Below, in pieces: positions 48,696-64,000 of a DNA stretch of 64,000 bases (its first letter is position 1; each line of letters opens with the position of its first letter). This DNA comes from Escherichia coli (GTDB taxonomy: Bacteria; Pseudomonadota; Gammaproteobacteria; Enterobacterales; Enterobacteriaceae), in assembly GCF_044647545.1 (NCBI RefSeq), contig NZ_CP172818.1. The stretch is one strand, 5' to 3'. The notes under the pieces were generated by a model. That model was not told the DNA's origin, ran no database searches, and worked only from the letters and a program-made list of their open reading frames with translations. A program made the translations under genes and the position numbers.

Positions 48696-49868
48696 TCAGG
48701 CCTTATGGTGGAAATAATCACTCAGCCGGGAAAACATGCTGCCTTCCCCGACAGATTCCAGGGTAACCAGCGGCCAGTGCGCCACCTGTTTATCACGGTC
48801 GTAAAGTTCAATTTCCCCTACCCGCTGATGGGCGCTAATTGGCGCGGTGAGTTCTTTACCATCAAGGGTATATTTGGCTTTGATATGTGGAATTTCGGCT
48901 TTCGGTAGCACCATCCAGAACTCTTGTTCCGTTCCCAGGGCGATATTTTCTTTATCGCCATACCAGATGCGTTCCGTACCAACCTTTTTCCCACGGTGCA
49001 AAATTTGCACCGTAGTAAAGTTTTGTTGACCCCAACGCAGTAATTTTCTTGCCTCTTCCTCACGACCTTTTGCGCTGTCAGCCCCCATTACCACTGCAAT
49101 GAGACGACGCTGCCCATCTACAGCCGAAGCAATGAGATTAAACCCGGCACCAGAAGTATGACCCGTTTTCAGGCCGTCAACATTCATGGTTTTATCCCAC
49201 AATAACCCGTTACGGTTTTGCTGGGTGATACCGTTCCAGGTGAGGCTTTTCTCACTGTACATATGATAAAACTCGGGCTCGCCGTGGATGATAGCGCGAG
49301 AAAGCACAGCTAAATCATAAGCCGAGCTATGCTGGCCAGGTGCATCCAGACCATGCACTGTTTCAAAATGCGTATCCTTGAGATGCAGCTTCTCGGCATA
49401 GTTGTTCATCATTTCAACAAACTGCCGTTGCCCACCGGCAATATAGTCAGCCAGTGCAACACAAGCGTCATTTCCGGAATCCACAATTAAACCACGGCTT
49501 AAATCACGTACCGATACGCGATCGCCCTCTTTCAAAAACATCAGTGAAGAACCGACAAACACCGGATTATCTTTCGCCCACGCATCACGCCCCACGGTGA
49601 CAATATCGTCTGGCGTAATGCGATGACTATCGATAGCACGATCCACGACATAGCCCGTCATCAGCTTTGTCAGGCTGGCGGGATTGCGCTGTTGATGCTC
49701 ATTACCCGCGGTGAGAATCTGACCGGTGGTGTAATCCATCAATACCCAGGACCCGGCATGAATCTCTGGAGGCTGAGGTGAAAAAGGAATGTTTTCCGCC
49801 GCAAAACCAGACGATAAATTAAAAACGAACAAAGAAGCAGCAATAATAAGACGGCGTTTCAACAGCAA
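48696..49868 (-). CDS. dacD: D-alanyl-D-alanine carboxypeptidase (PBP6b)
   Basis: ORF with signal peptide, SxxK (SLTK), SGN and KTG motifs. Confidence 0.85.
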   Translation of the reverse strand: MLLKRRLIIAASLFVFNLSSGFAAENIPFSPQPPEIHAGSWVLMDYTTGQILTAGNEHQQRNPASLTKLMTGYVVDRAIDSHRITPDDIVTVGRDAWAKDNPVFVGSSLMFLKEGDRVSVRDLSRGLIVDSGNDACVALADYIAGGQRQFVEMMNNYAEKLHLKDTHFETVHGLDAPGQHSSAYDLAVLSRAIIHGEPEFYHMYSEKSLTWNGITQQNRNGLLWDKTMNVDGLKTGHTSGAGFNLIASAVDGQRRLIAVVMGADSAKGREEEARKLLRWGQQNFTTVQILHRGKKVGTERIWYGDKENIALGTEQEFWMVLPKAEIPHIKAKYTLDGKELTAPISAHQRVGEIELYDRDKQVAHWPLVTLESVGEGSMFSRLSDYFHHKA

Positions 49869-50070
49869 ACCCTCAGGTGTTTCAAATAGCTGTTCTTTTT
49901 ACGGAAATACTTATGAACTGGCTGGAATAAAGTGCAAGAAAATGTGACTACTATCTCATTTTTATCTGACATGATCTGTTGCCACTCGCTGCCAAATTGT
50001 CGCGCTAAAGCTGATTAGCACGGTGATATTTGATACTCTGGCAGACAGCAGAAATAACGGATTTAACCTA

Positions 50071-51498
50071 ATGATGAATGACGGTAAGCAACAACCTACC
50101 TTTTTCTTTCACGATTACGAAACCTTTGGAACGCACCCCGCGTTAGATCGCCCTGCACAGTTCGCAGCCATTCGCACTGATAACGAATTCAATGTCATCG
50201 GCGAACCCGAAGTCTTTTACTGCAAGCCCGCGGATGACTATTTACCCCAGCCTGGAGCAGTATTAATTACCGGTATTACCCCGCAGGAAGCACGGGCGAA
50301 AGGAGAAAACGAAGCCGCGTTTGCCGCCCGTATTCACTCGCTTTTTACCGTACCGAAGACCTGTATTCTGGGCTACAACAATGTGCGTTTCGACGATGAA
50401 GTCACACGCAACGTTTTTTATCGTAATTTCTACGATCCTTACGCCTGGAGCTGGCAGCATGATAACTCGCGCTGGGATTTACTGGATGTTATGCGTGCCT
50501 GTTATGCCCTGCGCCCGGAAGGAATAAACTGGCCTGAAAATGATGACGGTCTACCGAGCTTTCGCCTTGAGCATTTAACCAAAGCGAATGGTATTGAACA
50601 TAGCAACGCCCACGATGCGATGGCTGATGTGTACGCCACTATTGCGATGGCGAAACTGGTAAAAACGCGTCAGCCACGCCTGTTTGATTATCTCTTTACC
50701 CATCGTAATAAACACAAACTGATGGCGTTGATTGATGTTCCGCAGATGAAACCCCTGGTTCACGTTTCCGGAATGTTTGGGGCATGGCGTGGCAATACCA
50801 GCTGGGTGGCACCGCTGGCGTGGCATCCTGAAAATCGCAATGCCGTAATTATGGTGGATTTGGCAGGAGACATTTCACCATTACTGGAGCTGGATAGCGA
50901 CACATTGCGCGAGCGTTTATATACCGCAAAAGCCGATCTTGGCGATAACGCCGCCGTTCCGGTTAAGCTGGTGCATATCAATAAATGTCCGGTACTGGCC
51001 CAGGCGAATACGCTACGCCCGGAAGACGCTGAGCGTTTAGGGATTGCTCGTCAACACTGCCTGGATAACCTGAAAGTGTTGCGCGAAAACCCGCAAGTAC
51101 GCGACAAAGTTGTGGCAATTTTTGCAGAAGCTGAACCGTTTACACCATCAGATAATGTAGATGCACAGCTTTATAATGGCTTTTTTAGCGACGCCGATCG
51201 TGCAGCAATGAAAATCGTGCTGGAGACTGAACCGCGTAATTTACCGGCTCTGGATATCACCTTTGTTGATAAGCGTATCGAGAAACTCCTGTTCAACTAC
51301 CGCGCCCGCAACTTCCCCGGCACGTTAGATGACAACGAGCAGCAACGCTGGCTTGAGCACCGCCGCCAGGTCTTCACACCCGAGTTTTTACAAGGCTATG
51401 CAGAAGAGATTCAGATGCTGGCGCAGCTGTATGCCGACGATAAAGAAAAAGTGGCGCTGTTAAAAGCGCTTTGGCAGTACGCGGAAGAGATTGTCTAA
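50071..51498 (+). CDS. sbcB: Exodeoxyribonuclease I
   Basis: Internal start MMNDGKQQPTFFFHDYETFG... (DEDDh exonuclease); track ORF extended 16 aa upstream. Confidence 0.85.
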   Translation: MMNDGKQQPTFFFHDYETFGTHPALDRPAQFAAIRTDNEFNVIGEPEVFYCKPADDYLPQPGAVLITGITPQEARAKGENEAAFAARIHSLFTVPKTCILGYNNVRFDDEVTRNVFYRNFYDPYAWSWQHDNSRWDLLDVMRACYALRPEGINWPENDDGLPSFRLEHLTKANGIEHSNAHDAMADVYATIAMAKLVKTRQPRLFDYLFTHRNKHKLMALIDVPQMKPLVHVSGMFGAWRGNTSWVAPLAWHPENRNAVIMVDLAGDISPLLELDSDTLRERLYTAKADLGDNAAVPVKLVHINKCPVLAQANTLRPEDAERLGIARQHCLDNLKVLRENPQVRDKVVAIFAEAEPFTPSDNVDAQLYNGFFSDADRAAMKIVLETEPRNLPALDITFVDKRIEKLLFNYRARNFPGTLDDNEQQRWLEHRRQVFTPEFLQGYAEEIQMLAQLYADDKEKVALLKALWQYAEEIV

Positions 51499-51540
51499 TG
51501 TGAAGCCTCCGCCGCTGGTACGGCGGAGGACAATTTTGAG

Positions 51541-51768
51541 TCAGGCTTTTTGAACGGTGATGCTCCACGCTGCATCGCCAATCTGCTGATAATCGGTGAT
51601 GGCATGTCCTTCTTCTGCCGCCCACTGTGGGATTGCTTCAGTTGCCTGGGTGCAATCAAACTCAATTACCAACTCATCGCCGCTGGCCATTTCTGCCAGT
51701 GCTGCTTTTGCTTCTATGAGTGGAAACGGACAGACCTGCGTCACCACATCCAGCTTTTTAATCGCCAT
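51541..51768 (-). CDS. yeeD: TusA-like sulfurtransferase
   Basis: 75-aa ORF with CPFP motif (VCPFPLIEAK). Confidence 0.8.
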   Translation of the reverse strand: MAIKKLDVVTQVCPFPLIEAKAALAEMASGDELVIEFDCTQATEAIPQWAAEEGHAITDYQQIGDAAWSITVQKA

Positions 51769-51781
51769 CTTTACACCTTAC

Positions 51782-52840
51782 TTAATTTGCCGCAGCAGTT
51801 GCCAGTCGCGCCTTACGCTGCGGTCGAACATACACAAGCCAGGACGCAGTCCAGACTCCGAGAATCATAAATACAAGGCCAATCCAGCCCTGCCAGGTCA
51901 TCATTGCAGTCATGACCAGTCCATTACCGATAGAGCAACCACCTGCAATGCTGGCACCGAAGCCCATCAGTACACCACCTAACCCGCTACGTAATGTTGT
52001 TTGTGCATCAGCAGCGCGAACGCGGAACTCACGGCTCGCTTTGGCGGCAATAAATGACCCCACGAAGCTCCCTAACACCAGGAAAACGCCCCAGTTAATG
52101 TATTTCACGTCACCCGCGACCAGAAATTGCAGAATATTGGCCGTTGGGGAAGTGATGCCTAACCCAAACATACGTCCGGTTGCTTCACTCAGGGGCCAGG
52201 CTAAAAGCGCAATCAAACCGATGAGTACAGCTGTGACAAAGGGATGCCAGCGTTTTTCAAACAGAATATGAGCGATCCCGGTTCGGCGCGGCGGTAAGGT
52301 CGCGACTTTGAGTTTTGGCTTCTTCAACTCTTTCATCACCACCCAGAGCGTTATCACCAGCAAAACGGCAACCAACGGCCACACAGACAAATTAAAAGTA
52401 TCAGCAATAGAGTTATGTTCAGTAGTGTAGTGCTGCAAGGTTTGATTTAAACCACTGGCGTGTGGAGAACGCATCACCGCACTCATCACCATATAAGTGA
52501 AAAGCGCGATCCAACTGCCGATCAATCCCTCACCCGCGCGATACCAGGTCCCGGTGGCACATCCACCCGCCAGAACAATTCCCAGCCCGAAAAGATACCC
52601 ACCTATAACAGTACCAAGCCACGGGAACGCCCCGGCTTCGTAAGTCAGTAGGCCCGCCTGAATTAACGCAAAAACCCCCACGCTTTGTACCGAAATTGCA
52701 ATCAGCAAGGCGTAAAACATGCGATTATTTTTCGCGACATACATATCGCGAAAACCACCTGTCAGGCAAAAACGCCCACGCTGCATGACAAATCCCAGCA
52801 GAGCACCACAAATTAGCCCGCTTAATATCATTGAAAACAT
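51782..52840 (-). CDS. yeeE: YeeE/YedE-family thiosulfate-transporter-like membrane protein
   Basis: 352-aa polytopic ORF immediately upstream of yeeD (operon). Confidence 0.8.
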   Translation of the reverse strand: MFSMILSGLICGALLGFVMQRGRFCLTGGFRDMYVAKNNRMFYALLIAISVQSVGVFALIQAGLLTYEAGAFPWLGTVIGGYLFGLGIVLAGGCATGTWYRAGEGLIGSWIALFTYMVMSAVMRSPHASGLNQTLQHYTTEHNSIADTFNLSVWPLVAVLLVITLWVVMKELKKPKLKVATLPPRRTGIAHILFEKRWHPFVTAVLIGLIALLAWPLSEATGRMFGLGITSPTANILQFLVAGDVKYINWGVFLVLGSFVGSFIAAKASREFRVRAADAQTTLRSGLGGVLMGFGASIAGGCSIGNGLVMTAMMTWQGWIGLVFMILGVWTASWLVYVRPQRKARLATAAAN

Positions 52841-52963
52841 AAATTAATTAACCAGATGAATGTTAATAAGGAAATTATTCATGACTGGTGGAATGCAGAC
52901 CAATAACCAAATTCTCTAAATTAGAACAAATGGTTATTAATGAGGATTTCGATAAAAAAGAAT

Positions 52964-52998
52964 AAAAAAACCGGAGCCAAATATTCATTCGACTCCGG
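52964..52998 (-). terminator. Rho-independent terminator after plaP
   Basis: CCGGAG...CTCCGG hairpin with U-run on minus strand. Confidence 0.55.
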
Positions 52999-53018
52999 TT
53001 GATTATTAGAAAAGATGA

Positions 53019-54377
53019 TTATGCTACGTCTTCGTACTGCGGAACCGGGTTACGGAAGCTCTTGGTTACGCATGCCAGGTAAATCAGACCGATAGCAGCC
53101 CAGATCAGACCCAGAACCATTGAGCTTTCTTCCAGGTTAACCCACAGCGCACCAACGGTCAGCGCACCACACATCGGCAGGAACAGATACTGGAAGTGAT
53201 CTTTCAGCGTCTTGTTACGCTTCTCACGGATCCAGAACTGCGAGATGACCGACAGGTTAACGAAGGTGAACGCCACCAACGCACCAAAGTTAATCAGCGC
53301 CGTTGCCATTACCAGGTCAAAGTTGATTGCCAGCAGGGCAATCGCGCCAACCAGGATGATATTCATCGCCGGAGTACGCCATTTCGGGTGTACATAACCG
53401 AAGAAGCTTTTCGGGAACACGCCGTCACGACCCATTACGTACATCAGACGCGCAACGCCTGCGTGCGCCGCCATACCGGACGCCAGTACGGTAATGGTGG
53501 AGAAGATCAGCGCGCCAACCTGGAACGCTTTACCCGCAACGTACAGCATGATTTCAGGCTGTGACGCATCCGGATCTTTAAAGCGAGAGATATCCGGGAA
53601 GTACAGCTGCAGGAAGTAAGTTGCAAAGATGAAGATCATGCCGCCAATCAGCGCGGTCAGGAAAATCGCACGCGGGATCACGCGCTCTGCATCTTTGGTT
53701 TCTTCCGACAGGTTGCTGATGCCGTCAAAGCCGGTAAAGGAGAAGCACAGGATTGTCGCCCCGGTAATCATCGGGATAACATGCGCATCGCCAGACCAGA
53801 ACGGACGAGTGCTCGCCAGCGTACCCGCTCCTTCACCTTCAAATACGCCATAAACAACCATGCCCAGGATCACCGCGATCAGCACTACCTGCAACACGAC
53901 GATTACAGTGTTGAAGTTCGCTACGGATTTCAGACTACGCAGGTTAAAGGCGGTCATAAAGGCCACCAGCGCCACCACAAACATCCACGATGGAATGGAA
54001 GGCACCAGAGCTTCAAAATAGATTTTCGCCAGCAGAATGTTGATCATCGGCGCGAACAGATAGTCGAGCAGAGAAGACCAACCCACCATAAAGCCGACAG
54101 TCGGGCTAATGGATTTCTGGGCGTAAGTGTATGCAGAGCCAGCAGAAGGATAGCGGCGGACCAGCTTCCCGTAGCTCAGAGCCGTAAACAGGATCGCAAT
54201 CAATGCGAACGCATAGGCTGTCGGCACATGACCATCCGTGAGGCCTGAAACGATACCAAAAGTATCAAACAGCGTCATCGGCTGCATATAGGCAAGACCC
54301 ATCATTACAACCGGAACTAACGTAAGCGTTTTACGCAATTCCACGCGAGAGGTGTTTGGAGTAACGTTATGCGACAT
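53019..54377 (-). CDS. plaP: Putrescine importer (APC family)
   Basis: Start [20 protein letters not shown]...; 12-TM amino acid/polyamine permease. Confidence 0.85.
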   Translation of the reverse strand: MSHNVTPNTSRVELRKTLTLVPVVMMGLAYMQPMTLFDTFGIVSGLTDGHVPTAYAFALIAILFTALSYGKLVRRYPSAGSAYTYAQKSISPTVGFMVGWSSLLDYLFAPMINILLAKIYFEALVPSIPSWMFVVALVAFMTAFNLRSLKSVANFNTVIVVLQVVLIAVILGMVVYGVFEGEGAGTLASTRPFWSGDAHVIPMITGATILCFSFTGFDGISNLSEETKDAERVIPRAIFLTALIGGMIFIFATYFLQLYFPDISRFKDPDASQPEIMLYVAGKAFQVGALIFSTITVLASGMAAHAGVARLMYVMGRDGVFPKSFFGYVHPKWRTPAMNIILVGAIALLAINFDLVMATALINFGALVAFTFVNLSVISQFWIREKRNKTLKDHFQYLFLPMCGALTVGALWVNLEESSMVLGLIWAAIGLIYLACVTKSFRNPVPQYEDVA

Positions 54378-54524
54378 GGTCATTCTCCTTTACGGTGATA
54401 ACCGTCGCGTAAGCAAAAAATTGCCCCATTTTTTTGGATTCCTCAGCGACAACAACTGTCGATTTTTAGTAAATATCTATCCGGTACGAAGCCCGGCCTC
54501 TTGGTATGAATGATTGGTTTGAAG

Positions 54525-54561
54525 CAAAAAATAACCGACGCTGATGAAACGTCGGTTTTTA
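54525..54561. terminator. Bidirectional terminator-like hairpin between plaP and yeeY
   Basis: A-run, ACCGACG-ctgatgaa-CGTCGGT, T-run. Confidence 0.5.
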
Positions 54562-54643
54562 GTCATTTTTTGACAGCGGCGCATTGTGCCTAAATGGGGG
54601 GGAAATGACAAGAGAATGAGAGGCTTGTCATAATAATTTTTCT

Positions 54644-55573
54644 TTAAATGGCTGATTTTCCGTCATCAGATTTTGCATAAACACCGGCGATCGCACTATT
54701 TGCTAAAATTTCATCCCGCCACCAGCCGCTGGCAAGCCCTGCGGTCTGTTCATTCCAGCCAATCCAGACGGGTTCAAAGAGAGTTTGGGCGACCACTTTC
54801 TTCTCGATTAACGCGCCACTATCGAGAAAACGTTGCGCCAGATAACGGGGTAAATAGCCGCAGCCGAGGCCGCTAATTTGCAGCTCCAGCTTGGTTTTAA
54901 AATCGAAAACGGTAATGGCTTCTTGTTCGTCGAGAAGTTGTGAGGCCGTAGAAGCGCCTGCCTGCGCAGTGTCCCCCACCACAATCGCCCGATATCGCTT
55001 AATGATACGACGGTTTAACGGCTCTTCTTCCTGGGCTAACGGATGATGAGGCGCGACCGCAAAGACTTGTTCCAGATCGCCCAACCGCGAGAAACCAAAT
55101 TCACTGGAAGATGGTGGCTCATGCATCGCGCCAACAATAATATCCGCTCGCCCCTGAGTCAGGGCATCCCAGGAACCACCGAGTACGCCATTGATAAACT
55201 TCAGGCGCGTCACGCTATGATGTTGATAAAAAGCTTCAATCAGTGGCGCAAGCAGAGAAAAAGGAAACGTGTCGTCCACGCCAATCACCAGCTCGTTTTC
55301 CCAGCCTTCATGCAGTTTGATCGCCTGCTTTTCCAGTTCCCGCACGGTATGCAGAACTTCCCGCCCTTTCTCTAATAACATTTTTCCGGTGCGGGTGAAT
55401 TTAGCGCGGTGACCGCTACGATCAAGCAATTGAATATTAAGGTCGCTTTCCAGCTTGTGAACGGTGTAACTCAGAGCGGACGGCGTCTTGTAGAGTTTGG
55501 CCGACGCCGCCGCAAAACTGCCTTCTTTTTCTAAGGCATCGAGGATCATCAACACATCCAGCAGTGGTTTCAT
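54644..55573 (-). CDS. yeeY: LysR-family transcriptional regulator
   Basis: Start MKPLLDVLMILDALEKEGSFAAASAKLYKTPSALSYTVHKLE... (HTH). Confidence 0.8.
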   Translation of the reverse strand: MKPLLDVLMILDALEKEGSFAAASAKLYKTPSALSYTVHKLESDLNIQLLDRSGHRAKFTRTGKMLLEKGREVLHTVRELEKQAIKLHEGWENELVIGVDDTFPFSLLAPLIEAFYQHHSVTRLKFINGVLGGSWDALTQGRADIIVGAMHEPPSSSEFGFSRLGDLEQVFAVAPHHPLAQEEEPLNRRIIKRYRAIVVGDTAQAGASTASQLLDEQEAITVFDFKTKLELQISGLGCGYLPRYLAQRFLDSGALIEKKVVAQTLFEPVWIGWNEQTAGLASGWWRDEILANSAIAGVYAKSDDGKSAI

Positions 55574-55618
55574 ACACGCCCCCTTGCAGTGCATGCGGCG
55601 TCCTGCTGGCGTGATCGT

Positions 55619-56443
55619 TTACTCCAGCGGCATTACCAGCGGATCGGGATACTGGTATTCAAACCCCAGTTCATTACAAATCCGACTGCCATCAATAATC
55701 TTACCTTTGCCGCTGTCCAGACTATTTCTGAACTGCGGAGGTTCCAGCCCCAGTAAACGGGCCATCTGCGGATAGAAAACATTACGCGCAGGGTGAGCTG
55801 GCGCACATATATTATAGATGTGTCCGCCTTTAGGTGCCTGTAACAACAGAGTGATAGCGCCAATAACATCTTCTAAATGGACTAAATTAACACCATGTTC
55901 ACCATCAGGCGCGGTTTTTCCGGCAAAGAAGCGTCCGGGATGACGTCCCGGTCCGACAAGGCCCGCAAGACGCAGAATATCGACCGAAGTACCGGGTAAA
56001 TTGTGCAGCCAGTCTTCGAGTTCTTCTAATACTCTTCCACTGTTGGTTACCGGATTACGCGGGGTAGTTTCTTTCACCGTGCCTTGCGCGTCGCCATAGA
56101 CAGACGTTGAGCTGGTGAAAATAATGCGGGGAATACGATGAGCCAGCGCGCTATCCACTAACTCTTGTACCGCTTGTAAATAGAACTCATCGCCGGGGCC
56201 GCTACGACGTGCCGGAAGCGTAATGACCAGCGCATCGGCATCCATCAGGGCATCCAGATCGTCAGAATCGCAAACTAACTCAGGCTCCATGCGAAGCAGA
56301 TAGCTATCAATGCCACTCATTCGGGCCGCTTCGACACCATCTTGTGTGGTTTTACTCCCGGTGACTTGCCAGCCTCGCGCTGAAAGTGACATCGCCAGCG
56401 GCATGCCTAACCACCCTAACCCGACAATTGCGACCTTTTTCAT
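55619..56443 (-). CDS. yeeZ: NAD-dependent epimerase/dehydratase-family protein
   Basis: 274-aa ORF with Rossmann GxxGxxG (VAIVGLGWLG). Confidence 0.8.
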   Translation of the reverse strand: MKKVAIVGLGWLGMPLAMSLSARGWQVTGSKTTQDGVEAARMSGIDSYLLRMEPELVCDSDDLDALMDADALVITLPARRSGPGDEFYLQAVQELVDSALAHRIPRIIFTSSTSVYGDAQGTVKETTPRNPVTNSGRVLEELEDWLHNLPGTSVDILRLAGLVGPGRHPGRFFAGKTAPDGEHGVNLVHLEDVIGAITLLLQAPKGGHIYNICAPAHPARNVFYPQMARLLGLEPPQFRNSLDSGKGKIIDGSRICNELGFEYQYPDPLVMPLE

Positions 56444-56582
56444 CCGTTATCTCCTGATACACCTAAGATCTATAAGGCTACGCTAGCGTATCAAAACTGA
56501 CAATTCATTCTATGAATGAGACGTTCATACCACACAAGAAAATTATGAGAGAAAGATCAATATTGAACTTTACCAACATTTG

Positions 56583-56618
56583 TAGACCAGATAAGGCATT
56601 CACGCCGCATCCGGCAGG
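56583..56618. repeat. REP element
   Basis: Reverse complement CCTGCCGGATGCGGCGTGAATGCCTTATCTGGTCTA matches REP consensus. Confidence 0.6.
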
Positions 56619-56861
56619 AACCAAAGCCCACTTTAGTTACAGAACACAATGTTCTTGAGGGTTTTAAAGACATATTTTCACGATTTCTTTTCTAACGTAG
56701 TCAAAACCACCTAACGCCAGTCACTCCAGGCCCCCTCCTTTCCCCGCTCATTCATTAAACAAATCCATTGCCATAAAATATATAAAAAAGCCCTTGCTTT
56801 CTAACGTGAAAGTGGTTTAGGTTAAAAGACATCAGTTGAATAAACATTCACAGAGACTTTT

Positions 56862-56912
56862 ATGACACGCGTTCAATTTAAACACCACCATCATCACCAT
56901 CATCCTGACTAG
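56862..56912 (+). CDS. hisL: his operon leader peptide (7 consecutive His codons)
   Basis: ATG ACA CGC GTT CAA TTT AAA CAC CAC CAT CAT CAC CAT CAT CCT GAC TAG = MTRVQFKHHHHHHHPD. Confidence 0.9.
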   Translation: MTRVQFKHHHHHHHPD

Positions 56913-56976
56913 TCTTTCAGGCGATGTGTGCTGGAAGACATTCAGATCTTCCAGTGGTGCATGAACGCATGAGAAA

Positions 56977-57010
56977 GCCCCCGGAAGATCACCTTCCGGG
57001 GGCTTTTTTA
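56977..57010 (+). terminator. his attenuator terminator
   Basis: GCCCCCGGAAG-atcacc-TTCCGGGGGC followed by TTTTTTATT. Confidence 0.85.
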
Positions 57011-57057
57011 TTGCGCGGTTGATAACGGTTCAGACAGGTTTAAAGAGGAATAACAAA

Positions 57058-57957
57058 ATGACAGACAACACTCGTTTACGCATAGCTATGCAGAAATCCG
57101 GCCGTTTAAGTGATGATTCACGCGAATTGCTGGCGCGCTGTGGCATTAAAATCAATCTTCACACCCAGCGCCTGATCGCGATGGCAGAAAACATGCCGAT
57201 TGATATTCTGCGCGTGCGTGACGACGACATTCCCGGTCTGGTAATGGATGGCGTGGTAGACCTTGGGATTATCGGCGAAAACGTGCTGGAAGAAGAGCTG
57301 CTTAACCGCCGCGCCCAGGGTGAAGATCCGCGCTACTTTACCCTGCGTCGTCTGGATTTTGGCGGCTGCCGACTTTCACTGGCAACGCCGGTTGATGAAG
57401 CCTGGGACGGCCCGCTCTCCTTAAACGGTAAACGTATCGCCACCTCTTATCCTCACCTGCTCAAGCGTTATCTCGACCAGAAAGGCATCTCTTTTAAATC
57501 CTGCTTACTGAACGGTTCTGTTGAAGTCGCCCCGCGTGCCGGACTGGCGGATGCGATTTGCGATCTGGTTTCCACCGGTGCCACGCTGGAAGCAAACGGC
57601 CTGCGCGAAGTCGAAGTTATCTACCGCTCGAAAGCTTGCCTGATCCAACGCGATGGCGAAATGGAAGAATCCAAACAGCAACTGATCGACAAACTGCTGA
57701 CCCGTATTCAGGGTGTGATCCAGGCGCGCGAATCAAAATACATCATGATGCACGCACCGACCGAACGTCTGGATGAAGTCATCGCCCTGCTGCCAGGTGC
57801 CGAACGCCCAACTATTCTGCCGCTGGCGGGTGATCAACAGCGCGTAGCGATGCACATGGTCAGCAGCGAAACCCTGTTCTGGGAAACCATGGAAAAACTG
57901 AAAGCGCTGGGTGCCAGTTCAATCCTGGTCCTGCCGATTGAGAAGATGATGGAGTGA
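57058..57957 (+). CDS. hisG: ATP phosphoribosyltransferase
   Basis: Start [34 protein letters not shown]...; 299 aa. Confidence 0.9.
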
Positions 57958-57962
57958 TCGCC

Positions 57963-60333
<2,371 letters not shown>

Positions 60334-60334
<1 letters not shown>

Positions 60335-61400
60335 TGAGTCAGAAGTATCTTTTTATCGATCGCGATGGAACCCTGATTAGCGAACCGCCGAGTGATTTTC
60401 AGGTGGACCGTTTTGACAAACTCGCCTTTGAACCGGGCGTGATCCCGGAACTGCTGAAGCTGCAAAAAGCGGGCTACAAACTGGTGATGATCACTAATCA
60501 GGATGGTCTGGGAACACAAAGTTTCCCGCAGGCGGATTTTGATGGACCGCACAACCTGATGATGCAGATCTTCACCTCGCAAGGCGTGCAGTTTGATGAA
60601 GTGCTGATTTGTCCGCACCTGCCCGCAGATGAGTGCGACTGCCGTAAACCGAAAGTAAAACTGGTGGAGCGTTATCTCGCTGAGCAAGCGATGGATCGTG
60701 CCAACAGTTATGTGATTGGCGATCGCGCGACCGATATTCAACTGGCGGAAAACATGGGTATTAATGGTTTACGCTACGACCGCGAAACCCTGAACTGGCC
60801 GATGATTGGCGAGCAACTCACTAAACGAGACCGTTACGCCCACGTAGTGCGCAACACCAAAGAGACGCAAATTGACGTCCAGGTGTGGCTGGATCGTGAA
60901 GGTGGCAGCAAGATTAACACCGGCGTTGGCTTCTTTGATCACATGCTGGATCAGATCGCCACCCACGGCGGTTTCCGCATGGAAATCAACGTCAAAGGCG
61001 ACCTCTATATCGACGATCACCACACCGTCGAAGATACCGGCCTGGCGCTGGGCGAAGCGTTAAAAATTGCCCTCGGCGATAAACGCGGTATTTGTCGCTT
61101 TGGTTTTGTGCTGCCGATGGACGAATGCCTTGCCCGCTGCGCGCTGGATATCTCTGGTCGCCCGCACCTGGAATATAAAGCCGAATTTACCTACCAGCGC
61201 GTGGGCGATCTCAGCACTGAAATGATCGAGCACTTCTTCCGTTCGCTCTCTTACACTATGGGCGTGACGCTACACCTGAAAACCAAAGGTAAAAACGATC
61301 ATCACCGTGTAGAGAGCCTGTTCAAAGCCTTTGGTCGCACCCTGCGCCAGGCCATCCGCGTGGAAGGCGACACCCTGCCCTCGTCAAAAGGAGTGCTGTA

Positions 61401-61401
<1 letters not shown>
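60334..61401 (+). CDS. hisB: Bifunctional histidinol-phosphatase / imidazoleglycerol-phosphate dehydratase
   Basis: [19 protein letters not shown]... (HAD phosphatase) plus IGPD domain. Confidence 0.9.
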
Positions 61402-63479
<2,078 letters not shown>

Positions 63480-63486
<7 letters not shown>

Positions 63487-64000
63487 CAGAACAACAACGT
63501 CGCGAACTGGACTGGGAAAAAACCGACGGACTTATGCCGGTGATTGTGCAACACGCGGTATCCGGCGAAGTGCTAATGCTGGGCTATATGAACCCGGAAG
63601 CCTTAGACAAAACCCTCGAAAGCGGCAAAGTCACCTTCTTCTCGCGCACTAAACAGCGACTGTGGACCAAAGGCGAAACGTCGGGCAATTTCCTCAACGT
63701 AGTGAGTATTGCCCCGGACTGCGACAACGACACGTTACTGGTGCTGGCGAATCCCATCGGGCCAACCTGCCACAAAGGCACCAGCAGCTGCTTCGGCGAC
63801 ACCGCTCACCAGTGGCTGTTCCTGTATCAACTGGAACAACTGCTCGCCGAACGTAAATCTGCCGACCCGGAAACCTCCTACACTGCCAAACTGTATGCCA
63901 GCGGCACCAAACGCATTGCGCAGAAAGTAGGCGAAGAAGGCGTGGAAACCGCGCTGGCCGCGACGGTACATGACCGCTTTGAGCTGACCAACGAGGCATC
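63480..64000 (+). CDS. hisI: Phosphoribosyl-AMP cyclohydrolase / phosphoribosyl-ATP pyrophosphatase, 5' part (runs off window)
   Basis: ATG at 63480 overlapping hisF stop; reads [42 protein letters not shown]... Confidence 0.85.

Noticed and set aside
56862-56912. Run of seven His codons (HHHHHHH) that could be mistaken for an engineered His-tag
   Set aside because: It is the native his operon leader peptide MTRVQFKHHHHHHHPD, followed by the attenuator terminator and hisG.

Overview
This window reads as an Escherichia coli-type chromosomal segment running from eamA(yedA)-vsr-dcm through the tRNA-Asn/cbl-nac/cobUST region and a CP4-44-like cryptic prophage remnant (yeeP-isrC-flu/Ag43-yeeRST-cbeA-cbtA-yeeW) to sbcB, plaP and the start of the his operon (hisL-hisGDCBHAF, hisI partial). 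Gene calls rest on my recognition of the translated ORFs and of hand-checked motifs; no database search was run, and all comparisons to E. coli K-12 are from memory. It is not K-12-identical: the yedS porin and yeeL glycosyltransferase are intact, yeeJ is fragmented, and I find no yodB or yefM-yoeB ORFs. I see no wholly novel gene cluster. The most notable observations are small lesions and architectures: a 7-bp repeat expansion that frameshifts cbl; a 77-nt tRNA-Asn (asnW) with one extra G relative to three otherwise identical copies; yeeJ broken by two 1-bp deletions and ending at a C10 tract next to intact yeeL; a frameshifted cbtA toxin beside intact cbeA; an IS2 in yoeA with a 5-bp target duplication and an out-of-frame insC; a solo IS2-end-like relic; an 18-bp perfect palindrome; and a direct-plus-inverted repeat pair around the yedS promoter. 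Several of these indels sit in short homopolymers or multicopy sequence, so assembly error is a live alternative to real pseudogenisation.
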